Shown here piece by piece: positions 28,501-37,866 of a stretch of DNA of 64,000 nucleotides (the first letter of the stretch is position 1; each line of letters begins with the position of its first letter). The stretch covers positions 52,730 through 116,729 of the forward strand of contig CAWGMG010000017.1 of assembly GCA_963823615.1 (NCBI GenBank), read 5' to 3'. The translations under genes and the position numbers were made by a program. Source of the DNA: an uncultured Verrucomicrobiae bacterium (GTDB lineage: Bacteria; Verrucomicrobiota; Verrucomicrobiia; Chthoniobacterales; Chthoniobacteraceae). The notes under the pieces were generated by a model. That model was not told where the DNA came from. It worked only from the letters and a program-made list of their open reading frames with translations, and did not search any database.

Positions 28501-30867
28501 GCGTCCCGCGGTCTCCGCGGTCAGGCGCCCCACGCAGTTGTGCGCATCCATCGCCAGCGGCTCGGCGGCCAGCACCTCGCCCCAGAGCGCGAGCGCCTCG
28601 CGCAGATCGCAGCGATAATCGGCCAGCGTGGCGGCGGCCCGCAGCCACGCGGCGCCCGCGGATCGCTCCTTCGCCTGGGCCAGCAATCCGGCGGCGCGGT
28701 CAAAATCGCCGAAGCGGCCAAACGCGTCGGCCGCGAACAGCAGCAGATCTCCATCCGCGGGGCGCAAGGTGAGCGCGTGTTCGAGCCGCGCAAAGGCCTC
28801 GGGGTGCCGGTCGAGCACGCTCAGCGCCCAGAAAAGCACCCGCGCCGGTTGGGCGGAGAGCGCCGCGTTTTGCTCGAAGCGCTGCGTGAGCAACTCCACC
28901 ACGCGGTCGGCCTCGCGCAGATGCCGCGCGGCCATGAGATACGCCCTGGCGAAACCGTCCACCTTGTCGCGCAGGCAGGCCGCGTGCCGGTAAAGCTGCG
29001 TGGCCACGGCGAACTCCCGGCCCGCCCAGCGCAGATCGCCGAGCGCCGCGAGATTGGCAGCGTCCAGCGCCTGCGCGCGCACGCTGCGCGTCAGCCAGCG
29101 CAAGGCACGGCCCTGTTCGCGCGCGTCCTTCGCCAGGTGCTGCCCCCATTCCCGCCAGAAGGCCGGCTCCGGCCCCTGCGCGAGCTCCCGCAGAAACGCC
29201 TCGGCTTCCGGCGCGTGCCCGAGCTCGCGGAGGAGGGCAAGCTTCGGATACTGCAGGTGGCCCGCCGTGGGGAAGCGCTCCAGCAGCGCCTCGAGCGCCC
29301 GCAAGCCGCGCGCGTGATCCGCATCGTACGCAGCCAGCACCCGCTCCGCCTCGAGCGCGAGCCGATGGCCGGGCGAGCCGGTGTGCAATTCACCGAGCAC
29401 CCGTTCCGCGTCGGCCCGCCGATGCTCATGCAGCGCGCGGCGCACCTGGAAATAGCGGTCGTATTCGGCGGCGTCCGGCAACTCCAGCCCCTCCAGTCGC
29501 GCCGCGTCCGCCACCGGCAGCAGCACCATGCCGCGCGGGCCGCTGGAGGCGTAACGCTCCAGCAGCAGCTCCGCAAAAGCCTCGCCATTCGTTCGCTCAA
29601 ACGGATCGCGGATGAGCAAAGTCCCGCGGGCGCGGTCGTACCCGATGACGGCCTGGAGGTGCGCGCTTTGCGTCTCCAGCGTCACCATGGTGAAGGGCAG
29701 GCCGCGATCGAGCAGCGCGAGCGCCGCGTCCCAGGTGACGCGAAATTCGCGCACGGCCCAGCCGTTCTGCTGGAGCCATGCGCGCTCTTCGTGATCCGGC
29801 GTGCCGTCGTAGCAGATGAGGCGCGCCAGCGAGAGGTGATCGATGGGCGCCCCGAGGAAGATGCTGAGCGCGCTGAGCGTCGCCGGCGCGCACGTCATGT
29901 GATGCTGGCGCACAAAGGGGACGGGCAACAGCACACGGCCCGTCTGCGCGGGCGCGCCATTCGCCGCGGTCAGGCGCTCGTGGAGCCTGGCGAAGAAGGG
30001 CGTCCCCGCCTTGGCCGCCGCTTCCGCCGCCGCTGCCACGTCGCCACAGGCATAGTGCGCATCGGACATGCGCCCGTGCCACCACGCGCTGACCTCCTGT
30101 TCCATGAGCGGCGAGAGATCGGCGCAAAGCTGGTAACTTTTCAGCGCGCCGGGGTGGTCGCCGAGCTCCGCCTGCAGGGTCGCCAGGGTTGCGGCGAAGA
30201 CGGCGCATTCCGTGTGCTGGAGCGCCTCCTGGAGCAGCGCCACCGCGTCGTGATCGCGTCCGAGCAGCGGGAGCACCTCGGCGGCGGCGCAGACCGCGCC
30301 ACGAAACCACGGTTGCAAACGCAGGCCCTCCTCGGCCGCGGCCAGCGCCTGCGGGTAGCGGTCGCGCGCCTTCAGCAACTCGGAGCGCAGCACCCACGGC
30401 CACGGGCGGGGCTCCGCATGGATCTCCCCCGCGCGGTCGAGATGTCGCTCGGCCTCGTCAAAATCACGAAACAGGGTGAGCACGGCGCACCGGGCCAGCT
30501 CCAGGTCCGCGCGCTCCTCGTCGGTCGCATTGGGGAACGCCGGCCGGAGCTCGAGAAAATCCCAGGCGCCGCGTGGCCCGCGCTCCCGCAGCAAAGCGTA
30601 CGCCCGGAAGTACGCCGCCGCGGCGCTCGTGCGATCCTCGCGCCATGCGCGCTGGTGCAGCCGCCGCGCCGTCCGCGGCGCGCCGATGTTCGAAGCCAGA
30701 CGGCCGGCGACCAGGGCGGCGGCCGTGCCCGACCACGCCTCCAGCGGCGCGACCTCCAAAGCGCGCCGGTGCGCCTGCAGGAGAAGCCCTCGATCGTAGA
30801 GCGCTTCCACCGCAGCCACATCCGCCATCGAAACCGTCACACACGCGCGCGCTGGGGAAGCAAGCAT
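25537..30867 (-). CDS. giant TPR-repeat protein with embedded papain-fold C39-like peptidase domain and C-terminal TM segment
   Basis: Dozens of TPR-like helical repeats; peptidase region VPFVRQHHMTCAPATLSALSIF..TQSAHLQAVIGYD (Cys..His); C-terminal WIFFGVILLNMVI. Confidence 0.65.
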   Translation of the reverse strand: MLASPARACVTVSMADVAAVEALYDRGLLLQAHRRALEVAPLEAWSGTAAALVAGRLASNIGAPRTARRLHQRAWREDRTSAAAAYFRAYALLRERGPRGAWDFLELRPAFPNATDEERADLELARCAVLTLFRDFDEAERHLDRAGEIHAEPRPWPWVLRSELLKARDRYPQALAAAEEGLRLQPWFRGAVCAAAEVLPLLGRDHDAVALLQEALQHTECAVFAATLATLQAELGDHPGALKSYQLCADLSPLMEQEVSAWWHGRMSDAHYACGDVAAAAEAAAKAGTPFFARLHERLTAANGAPAQTGRVLLPVPFVRQHHMTCAPATLSALSIFLGAPIDHLSLARLICYDGTPDHEERAWLQQNGWAVREFRVTWDAALALLDRGLPFTMVTLETQSAHLQAVIGYDRARGTLLIRDPFERTNGEAFAELLLERYASSGPRGMVLLPVADAARLEGLELPDAAEYDRYFQVRRALHEHRRADAERVLGELHTGSPGHRLALEAERVLAAYDADHARGLRALEALLERFPTAGHLQYPKLALLRELGHAPEAEAFLRELAQGPEPAFWREWGQHLAKDAREQGRALRWLTRSVRAQALDAANLAALGDLRWAGREFAVATQLYRHAACLRDKVDGFARAYLMAARHLREADRVVELLTQRFEQNAALSAQPARVLFWALSVLDRHPEAFARLEHALTLRPADGDLLLFAADAFGRFGDFDRAAGLLAQAKERSAGAAWLRAAATLADYRCDLREALALWGEVLAAEPLAMDAHNCVGRLTAETAGREAANAHLAAQIERFPHHLGLRRLAVESARASGAAALQESVEALLAMNPDDAWARRELALTLADQRHLPEAREQLARAEALERSEPINCAIRALLARLAGDLPAAREAAREGLRLSVDHTPAMVELLTASESFGERRESIAFIRQELIRQVVLGDGLLSYRNLAFPILEPPELLAGLREALAARPDLWHAWSATVQQLTAMGQLDEALTLATEATERFPLLVPLWLNLARVHVARGERVEQIRPLRRALVLQPACGEAARALATAHERGDDLDEAQRVLEVAIAAAPLDPENHTHLAALLDKRGRAEAAAEAAERALRLEPGHEAGWDLLRRFSQRPGLEGRALQCARSLTELRPAEPQSWLRLAECLPVTDLPARLGAIDRALALNPRFGDAHDGRALLLAGAGRWEEAAAACAPAAWPADQLPVALRGRRVWVDAERGDLHGAVTAMRALLRDEPDFTWGWHRLVEWESQLENFPGALEATEQLCRLAPQSAIPLGWRASLLLRANRAEEALPFLRRAMELDPSYGFASHNLFEQHLKAGRFDEAAEVLARMKLHLPGATTVGGEVRLHLARREFPEALETMRQLCLTRDEDGSAVAAAGQALLAAGQRQELEKRLASWLTEEGASPAAGGLFGELVGERGGTRTYRALAFLGFTTPVGQRAHLAYLERLAKHRKLDELRWLLRASGPALRADTELWGQAGAILVQLNQNKEAAAWFREWERRPSIPPWILLNVAVVLRRLGRVPEGVAASRRALAEPPDHTTRHHQLWMASDALLAQRFDDAASFASAAQFGGDGAFYDALREVVNAGLSVHRTPAAGRPAELRNRIARLNQSPTANYLHGGLLKPVTRRAVGLMAQLAGERYRSSWIRQPGGGKSMGPLSIGRWIFFGVILLNMVIRSCTPETRSYQPSSMDYPRGERDRVRPFRAATPFYQSYPPSQPPRFLPTPSVLFSTPWPYDRRTVPPPDAVELRSENESLSLRPAPRR

Positions 30868-30997
30868 CCGCTATGAGAGCATAAAAGCTCTTCCGCGCAA
30901 CGTGTGTCTGGGCGTTGGCGGATCGAGCGTTTTCTCCGCTGCGGCGAGTGAGAGTGCTCAACTCGCGCGCCGGTATTCCTGGCTGGCTAATGGCCTG

Positions 30998-33004
30998 TTA
31001 CACCTTTTTCTCCAGCCCCGCGGCGGTGGCGCGAGCGCCTTCCTTGGCGATCTTTTCCAGGGTCTCCACGCCTTGCGGCGCTTCGCTGATTTCGAAGCCG
31101 CCCTTTTCCGCGACGAGCATGCTCAGCAATGTTTGCAGCAAACTCGATTTCTCGCCCTGGCCGTCCGCGCCGGCAATGAACAGGCGCTCCGGCACGAGCG
31201 GTTGCTTGGAGTTGGCGAGGCGCTCCGAGAGATCGCGCAGCGCGTAGAGGCGGGGATCGCCGTACGCTTTGATCTTCTGGAGCGAGACGGTCGCCTCGGC
31301 CATGCCGACTTGCGTGATTTTCGAGGACTCGCCTTCGCCTTCCAGCTTGAGCGCGCGCGCCCGGCCTTCCGCGATGGTGATGTCGCGCTTGGCCACGCGT
31401 TGCGCCTCGGCCAGCAAGGCGTCGGCGCGGTTGCCCGCCACGTCGATCTCGATGCGCGATTGCGTGAGCTCGGCTTGTTTGCCGGCGGTTGCGCGCGCTT
31501 CTTCCAGCGCCTTCAGGTGGACCGCCGCCTCCTGCTGCTTCGCATAGGTTTCGCGCTGCTCTTCCGCCAGCCGGCGCGTGCGGAGTTGATCGAACAATTT
31601 CTCGATCGGGTCATTCGCCGGATCTTTGACGGACGATTCGGGCCGGCCGATTAACACGGCGACGCAATTTATATCGAATTCCTGGAAACGCCGTCCGAGC
31701 TCGACGGTCGCCAGGCGCTGGATCTCTTCGCGTTTGGTGAGTAGATCGAGCATGCGCGAGCTTTGCGCCACGTCGCGGAAGTACGCAGTTAGGATCGGGT
31801 CGAGCGTTTGCGTGATCAGCCGTTTGACATCGCCGAAGCGCTGCACGACCGACGGCGCTTTTTGATAGTCGATATGCAGCACCAGCGAGAGCGGGAGCAG
31901 CGGCTCATAGCCGTCCGCGGTGATGATCTCGATCGTAGCCAGCGCGTCGTCATACTGATGACTCTCGCTTTGCCCGGTGATCCAGCGCAGGACGAAGTTC
32001 ACCGTCGGCACGAGCTCGATCTTAACGGCATAAGGATTGAGCGCATACTTGCCGGGCGTCAGCGCGCGTTTCCACACGCCTTTTTCGCCGGTGCTCACTT
32101 GCTCGCCATAGCGGAAGCCTTCGCCCGTCGTGTCGGTGCCGAGCGAACCGTAGTAAGAGACGACCACGCCGACATAGCCAATCGGGATCAGCGTCTTGGT
32201 GCCGAACTCGACGGTGGCAAACCAGCGGTTAATGAAGAACGTGCCGTCCGTCAGCACCTGGAGCTGCCGGCCGCGGCAACCGCCATGCGCCAGGAAGGTC
32301 TCTGGGTTCTGGAAGTAATTGTGATCCATCGCGATTTCCGGGGCGATGATTTCGCCGGCGGGAATCGTCGGGCCATCATGCACCGAGACGACACCGATGC
32401 GGTCGACCATCACGCCGTCCTTATCCGGCCCGGTGGTGATGACGACCGGCCGATAGCCGTTGACCGCCGACAGCTCCGACTGCCATTTCTGATAAGTGGA
32501 GTTTTCCTCCATACTATAGATTTGGGTCTCGGTTAACACGACGAACAGCGAGGTGTTAATGGCATAAACACCTTCGCGCAGGATGGCGCGCTGGCGGCCG
32601 CGCTGCCCGCCATTGGCGAGGAAGGTTTCCGCTTCCTGGAAGTAGTTGCAGTCGACCGTGCGGCCGAGCGTTTGCGTCGGCTCGAGCGGAGCGCCACCGC
32701 GCGCATAGACATAACCGATCCGGCCTTCCGCGACGGTGATCAGCGCGGTGCGATGAATCCTATACTGCCACGGGAAGAGGCCGAAATGCAGGCCGCCGCG
32801 GAGCAGCCGCGCCTGGAAGCCGGCCTCGCCCTGGGAGGCGATGATGCGGCCTTCGGCGAGCGACCCTCGAGAGCTCCAGAGCTTCTCGATGACGCCGACG
32901 CGGCTGTGTGGAATATAGACGACGCCGAGGACCCGAGGCAAAAAGAAGGCCAGGGCGGCGAGGGCGGCGATGAGGATTGCCCACAAGATTTGCGAGGTGG
33001 ACAT
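30998..33004 (-). CDS. flotillin / SPFH (band 7) family protein
   Basis: N-terminal TM, SPFH domain, then long Ala/Glu-rich coiled coil (..AEEQRETYAKQQEAAVHLKALEEARATAGKQAELTQSRIEIDVAGNRA..). Confidence 0.85.
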   Translation of the reverse strand: MSTSQILWAILIAALAALAFFLPRVLGVVYIPHSRVGVIEKLWSSRGSLAEGRIIASQGEAGFQARLLRGGLHFGLFPWQYRIHRTALITVAEGRIGYVYARGGAPLEPTQTLGRTVDCNYFQEAETFLANGGQRGRQRAILREGVYAINTSLFVVLTETQIYSMEENSTYQKWQSELSAVNGYRPVVITTGPDKDGVMVDRIGVVSVHDGPTIPAGEIIAPEIAMDHNYFQNPETFLAHGGCRGRQLQVLTDGTFFINRWFATVEFGTKTLIPIGYVGVVVSYYGSLGTDTTGEGFRYGEQVSTGEKGVWKRALTPGKYALNPYAVKIELVPTVNFVLRWITGQSESHQYDDALATIEIITADGYEPLLPLSLVLHIDYQKAPSVVQRFGDVKRLITQTLDPILTAYFRDVAQSSRMLDLLTKREEIQRLATVELGRRFQEFDINCVAVLIGRPESSVKDPANDPIEKLFDQLRTRRLAEEQRETYAKQQEAAVHLKALEEARATAGKQAELTQSRIEIDVAGNRADALLAEAQRVAKRDITIAEGRARALKLEGEGESSKITQVGMAEATVSLQKIKAYGDPRLYALRDLSERLANSKQPLVPERLFIAGADGQGEKSSLLQTLLSMLVAEKGGFEISEAPQGVETLEKIAKEGARATAAGLEKKV

Positions 33005-33325
33005 AGTTGGTGGTTCTAATTAGCTAACTGTTTGTTTGGTAACCGGCAGGGTGGAGCTCAGGCTCACGATGAGTGAGAGAGCCGCGTCACCGTTGGCATC
33101 ACGGCAGCGCGTCCGGGGGCCGGTGAGCCCCGAGAGGGTTTTCAGTCAGCGCGCGACCGGCGCGTGAAATGCGGCGAGCGCCGCGGGCATGAAAAGGGTG
33201 GAATCAAAGACAGCCGATCGGGCCATCTCACACGCGAACATGGAATCGTTCACAAGAGAAGCCTGCGGCGGGGAAACAAACATGTCAAGCGGGATCGGGA
33301 TGAGTGCGCACCGCCCGCATTCGGA

Positions 33326-35476
33326 TCACTTCCCGCCAAAGAACCGCTTGAAGGACTTGAAGATGCTCTCGACCACCGGCTTGGCGCGCGGCGTGTCGTC
33401 GCCGGCGAGGACGCTGCCGCTGTGTTTGCCGCACTCGCCCTTGGGCACGCACGAGGCGGGGAGGTCGATGAAGTAGCTGGTCCCGGCGCGCTCGCACCCG
33501 GTGGTCGCGAGGCCGTTGCTGACGGCGCAGACGGCGAGGTGTTGCAGCGGCATGGTGGGGAGCAGCAGTTCGGCTGGGTACCGCTTCGGCGCGGCGGCCA
33601 TCACATCGACCCAAATGGGCAGCGCGAGCGCGGAGCCGTACCCTTTGGCGATGATCGTCTTCGGGGCGTCGAGACCGACCCAGACGCCGCACGTGAGCGA
33701 GCTCGTGTAGCCGATGAACCACGCGTCCTTGAAGTCGTTCGTCGTCCCGGTCTTGCCGGCGGCGGCCCCCGGCTTGGTCCAGCCGAGCGTCTTCGCGGTG
33801 GAGGCGGTGCCGCGTTCCATGACCTTCATCAGGCTGCTCGTGATGAGCCAGCTCACGCCCGGGTCGAGTGCGTTCGTCTTCTCGTGCGAGGCTTGGTAAA
33901 GCGTGTCGCCGGCCGCGTCGTCGATGCGCTCGACGATGAAACTCTGCCGCCGCACTCCGGCATTCGGCAGGATGGTGTAGGCGGCGGTCATCGCCGTCAG
34001 GTTCGCCTCGAAGGTGCCGAGAAAGACCGCGGGCTGTTTCGGGATTTCGCCCAGGCCGACGGTCGCGGCGAGTTTGGTCACGTCGTCGAGACCGGCCATC
34101 TGCCCCACGCGGACGCTCATCGTGTTGCGGGATTGAATGAGCCCCTCCTCCGCATGCAGAATGCCCTTGTTGGTGCCGTCGGAGTTGTCGGGCGTCCAGT
34201 TCGGCGCGCCGCGGACTTCGCCCGGCCGGATCGGTCCGTCGTCGACGTAGCCGCCGGGGAGGAGGCCGTGGCGATACGCGGCGGCGTAGACAAACGGCTT
34301 GAAGGTCGAGCCGACCTGGCGCCCGCCCTGGAGCGCGCGATTGAATTTGCTCTCGGCGTAACTCCGCCCGCCGACGAGCGCGCGGATCGCGCCGTGCCGG
34401 TTGTCGATGACCACCGCCGCGCCCTGTAAATACGGGGTTTTCGCCTCGTCCTCGCGCTGCTGGTCGGTGAAGTCGGCGCGCCGCGGATGGTTGTAGCCCG
34501 GTCGCGCCTCGACCTTCTTCAGCTCCGCCTCGACGGCCTGCTCCGCGGCCTTTTGCAAGGTGGGATCGATCGTGGTGTAGACCTTGAGCCCGCCCTGCGC
34601 GCGCTGGTCGTCGGAGAGGATCGTGTTGAGATCGCGGACGACGGCGGCCATCGCGTAGTTGTCCTGCGCCTGCAGCGGGTGGCGCTTGGAAATGAGGAGC
34701 TTGGCCTCCTTTGCCGTGGCGGCCTGCGCGGCGGTGATGCGCTTGAGGCTGACCATGCGGTCGAGCACGCTGTCGCGCGCGCGCGTGGCGCGTTCCGGAT
34801 AGAGGATGGGCGAGGAAAAGGTCGGCGCGCGGATGATGCCGGCGATCATCGCGGCCTCGCCCAGCGTCAGGTCCTTCGCGGACTTGCGGAAATAAGCGCG
34901 GCTCGCCGCCTCGATCCCGTACACGCCGGTGCCGAAGTAGATGCGATTGACGTAGAACTCGAGGATCTCGTCCTTCTTGAACCGCTGCTCGATCCGCATC
35001 GCCATGAACGCCTCGAGCAGCTTGCGATGCAGGCTCTTGCGCTGGCCGATGTTCTCAAACGAGTTGCGCGCCAACTGCTGCGTGAGCGTGCTCGCCCCCT
35101 GCGCCGCCGAGCCGGCGGTGAGGTTGCGCAAGACCGCGCGCGCGATGCCGAGCGGGTCGATGCCGCGATGCGAGTAGAAGCGCGTATCCTCCCGCGCGAG
35201 CAGCGCCTCGGTGAAGTTCTTCGAGACTTCGCTGAGCGGCACGTAGATGCGATTTTCGCCCTGGAGCCGACTGTATTCCCGGCCGTCCATGTCGTAGACG
35301 GTCGAGCGCGAGGGCATCTCCTTCACCGCCTGGAGGTCGAACGTCGAGGCGAGGATCGCGTAGACGACGCAGACCGTCCCGACGACGAGAAACACGACGA
35401 GCGCCGTCCACAAAAGCACGCGCCGCAGCCAGGAGCGGGGTGGCGGAGCTTTGCGGTTGGGTGTGGGTCTGGGCAC
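33326..35476 (-). CDS. class A penicillin-binding protein (PBP1A; transglycosylase + transpeptidase)
   Basis: GT51 motifs REDTRFYSHRGIDPLGIARA, STLTQQLARN, RKLLEAFMAMRIEQRFKKDEILEFYVNRIYFG; transpeptidase STFKPF. Confidence 0.9.
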   Translation of the reverse strand: MPRPTPNRKAPPPRSWLRRVLLWTALVVFLVVGTVCVVYAILASTFDLQAVKEMPSRSTVYDMDGREYSRLQGENRIYVPLSEVSKNFTEALLAREDTRFYSHRGIDPLGIARAVLRNLTAGSAAQGASTLTQQLARNSFENIGQRKSLHRKLLEAFMAMRIEQRFKKDEILEFYVNRIYFGTGVYGIEAASRAYFRKSAKDLTLGEAAMIAGIIRAPTFSSPILYPERATRARDSVLDRMVSLKRITAAQAATAKEAKLLISKRHPLQAQDNYAMAAVVRDLNTILSDDQRAQGGLKVYTTIDPTLQKAAEQAVEAELKKVEARPGYNHPRRADFTDQQREDEAKTPYLQGAAVVIDNRHGAIRALVGGRSYAESKFNRALQGGRQVGSTFKPFVYAAAYRHGLLPGGYVDDGPIRPGEVRGAPNWTPDNSDGTNKGILHAEEGLIQSRNTMSVRVGQMAGLDDVTKLAATVGLGEIPKQPAVFLGTFEANLTAMTAAYTILPNAGVRRQSFIVERIDDAAGDTLYQASHEKTNALDPGVSWLITSSLMKVMERGTASTAKTLGWTKPGAAAGKTGTTNDFKDAWFIGYTSSLTCGVWVGLDAPKTIIAKGYGSALALPIWVDVMAAAPKRYPAELLLPTMPLQHLAVCAVSNGLATTGCERAGTSYFIDLPASCVPKGECGKHSGSVLAGDDTPRAKPVVESIFKSFKRFFGGK

Positions 35477-35528
35477 GGGTGGGTCTGTTTTGCAGGGCGG
35501 CGCCGCGCTGGTCGAGCGAAGAGACGGC

Positions 35529-35561
35529 CGTCGGACCCGTCAGACCCGTCAGACCCGTCGG
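35529..35561. repeat. 3x tandem 9-mer CCGTCAGAC (rc GTCTGACGG), in the intergenic region upstream of the PBP1A start
   Basis: cggacccgtcagacccgtcagacccgtcggac; same motif family as 8625-8650. Confidence 0.65.
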
Positions 35562-35566
35562 ACTCC

Positions 35567-36232
35567 TCAGAGCAAGTCCGGGCGCACGCGGCGCGTTTTC
35601 TCCAGCGCCTGCCGGCGGCGCCATTCGGCGATCGCCGCATGGTTGCCGGACATCAGGATGTCCGGGACGCGCCAGCCGCGAAATTCCACCGGGCGCGTGT
35701 AGTGCGGCGCTTCGAGCGAGCCGGCGGCGAACGACTCCTCCCGGTTCGACAGCTCGTTCCCAAGCACTCCGGGGATGAGCCGCACCACGCAATCGACGAA
35801 GATGAGCGCCGCGATCGCGCCATTCGTCAGGACGTAGTCGCCGATGGAAATCTCGTCATCGACCAGATGCTCGAGCACCCGCTGGTCGATCCCTTCATAG
35901 TGCCCGCAAAGGATGACCAAGTGTGTTTCGGACACGAACTGTTGGGCCAGCGCATGCGAGAGCGTCCGCCCGCCCGGCGACATGAGCACCACGCGGCTCG
36001 CCGGCGTCCGCAGCGCCTCGACCGCGGCGAAGATCGGCTCGCATTTCATCACCATCCCCTGCCCGCCGCCGTACGGCGTGTCGTCGGTGGTGCGGTGCTT
36101 GTCCGTCGCCCAGTCGCGGATGTTATGCGAGTGAAACTCCACGAGCCCCGCCGCCTGCGCGCGCTTCATCATACTCTCCTCGAGCGCGGACTCGGTGATC
36201 TTCGGGAAGAGGCTGAGGATGTCGATACGCAT
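35567..36232 (-). CDS. trmD: tRNA (guanine37-N1)-methyltransferase
   Basis: MRIDILSLFPKI..ILCGHYEGIDQRV..SIGDYVLTNGAIAALIFVD. Confidence 0.9.
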   Translation of the reverse strand: MRIDILSLFPKITESALEESMMKRAQAAGLVEFHSHNIRDWATDKHRTTDDTPYGGGQGMVMKCEPIFAAVEALRTPASRVVLMSPGGRTLSHALAQQFVSETHLVILCGHYEGIDQRVLEHLVDDEISIGDYVLTNGAIAALIFVDCVVRLIPGVLGNELSNREESFAAGSLEAPHYTRPVEFRGWRVPDILMSGNHAAIAEWRRRQALEKTRRVRPDLL

Positions 36233-36238
36233 CGGCCG

Positions 36239-37789
36239 TTATTTCCCCGGCATCGGTTCCAGGAAAAAGACGGCTTTCAGCTTGTCGCTCATCTTTTCCG
36301 GCGTCACCAAGTCCAGCCCATTGCTGTCGTTCACCACCAAGTGGAAACGGTAGTGATTCTCCGCCGAGAGGGAGTTTCCCTGCGTCCCCGCCAGGGGTTG
36401 TTGCACGAAGAAGAGGCAGTCACCGTTGATCCCTTTCACCGTGTGCAACCGAAATTTTTCGTGCCGGAGGTAAAAGCCTGGCTTGGCGACCGACTCGAAG
36501 GCGATCGTCCCAAAAAGTGTTCCCCGACCGACTTTGAACTGACCCTTCGCGGGCTCATACTTGGCGATCGCCGGATCGGTCTCACCGAGGACGATGCATT
36601 CCGCGCCGCCCCTGGCGGTTGCGATGCGAATGGTCTTGCCGATGAAGGGCGCCGACAAGGCCTGGAAGTCGACCACGAGCGAAGGGTCCACTTTCTTTGG
36701 GAGCAGGTCCGCTTTGGTCACGGTATACATCACGTAGTTGGCTCGCCCGGTGTCGTCTTTCAGGGTGCTCCGGATCGGCAGGCCGCCGTGGTAAGCCGGG
36801 GTGAGGGCGGCCGCCTTTTTGATCTTATCCACGTATTCCTGACTGTCCGGCGCCTCCTCCACGGGCTGCTGCTCCTTCGCCTTCCCGGTGTCCCACCATT
36901 TATCCGCGGCGGCCGGCAGGTAGGACTTCCAGGCCGGCGAGGTGTCGAACAGGAACTCGCCCGTGGGTGCGAGACAGGAAATCCAAATGCTGTTGAGATC
37001 GAAACGGTCGTGACTGACCACGGCGATCACGTCGCCTTCTTTGAGGGTGATCCGCGCTTTGCTGGCGGTGTCGCGCGTGACGCGCGGGAGAATCTCCTTG
37101 TTGTTGAGGTAGACCGACAAGCCGTTGTTGCCCGAGGCGTAGATGTCCGCCTTGTCGACCGGGCGGGCGAAAGGCGCAATCGTCATGCCGGTTTTCACCG
37201 CCGCCGGAGCGACCGCTGGAGCGACCGCCGAGGGGGCCGGGGCGGGCTCCGGTGACGCTGCGGCGGCCTCCGCGCTGAACGCATTGATGCGGGCTCGCAC
37301 CACCTGGGCCTCGTCGAGTTTCAACCCGCGCGTCAGCTCCTTCTCGAGCGCCCGCAGGCTGGCGAGGTACGAGGCATCGAGTGGCGCCAGCGCGGTCGAG
37401 CGGATCTTCGTCAGCCGCGCCGCCTCGGCTCGCCAGAAAGCGCGCAGCTTCACCACGCCGGCGTGAAGCCCCAGCTCATCCTGGGCCGGCACGTTATTCT
37501 CTGCCAAGAAGCGTTTGCTTTCGGTTTGATACGCCAGCGTCTCATCGAGCTCGCCTTGAGCCACCGCCTTCTTCATCGCCGTTTCCAGGGTCAACCGATA
37601 CGAGTCGTTGAGCCGCTGGAGACCCGCCAGCAGGGGCGCATCGAGCTTCTCGCTCACCTCCTTCGCGTGCGCCGTCTCGAGGCGTTCCAAGCTGGGAGCC
37701 GCAGCGCCGGCCGGTGTCTCGGCGGAAAGCGGCAGCGCGGTCAAAAAGAGCGCAACGAAGAGGCGCGAAAGCAGCGGGGGAAAGTGCAT
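36239..37789 (-). CDS. hypothetical secreted protein
   Basis: Likely start MHFPPLLSRLFVALFLTALPLSA (signal); 6-nt gap to trmD (operon); no confident domain. Confidence 0.55.
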   Translation of the reverse strand: MHFPPLLSRLFVALFLTALPLSAETPAGAAAPSLERLETAHAKEVSEKLDAPLLAGLQRLNDSYRLTLETAMKKAVAQGELDETLAYQTESKRFLAENNVPAQDELGLHAGVVKLRAFWRAEAARLTKIRSTALAPLDASYLASLRALEKELTRGLKLDEAQVVRARINAFSAEAAAASPEPAPAPSAVAPAVAPAAVKTGMTIAPFARPVDKADIYASGNNGLSVYLNNKEILPRVTRDTASKARITLKEGDVIAVVSHDRFDLNSIWISCLAPTGEFLFDTSPAWKSYLPAAADKWWDTGKAKEQQPVEEAPDSQEYVDKIKKAAALTPAYHGGLPIRSTLKDDTGRANYVMYTVTKADLLPKKVDPSLVVDFQALSAPFIGKTIRIATARGGAECIVLGETDPAIAKYEPAKGQFKVGRGTLFGTIAFESVAKPGFYLRHEKFRLHTVKGINGDCLFFVQQPLAGTQGNSLSAENHYRFHLVVNDSNGLDLVTPEKMSDKLKAVFFLEPMPGK

Positions 37790-37866
37790 GGCGTGAGGCC
37801 GGGAAGTTGAACACCGTACGCGCCCAACGCGAGACGTTTCCGGCGGCTTGATCTCTGAGCGCAGGC

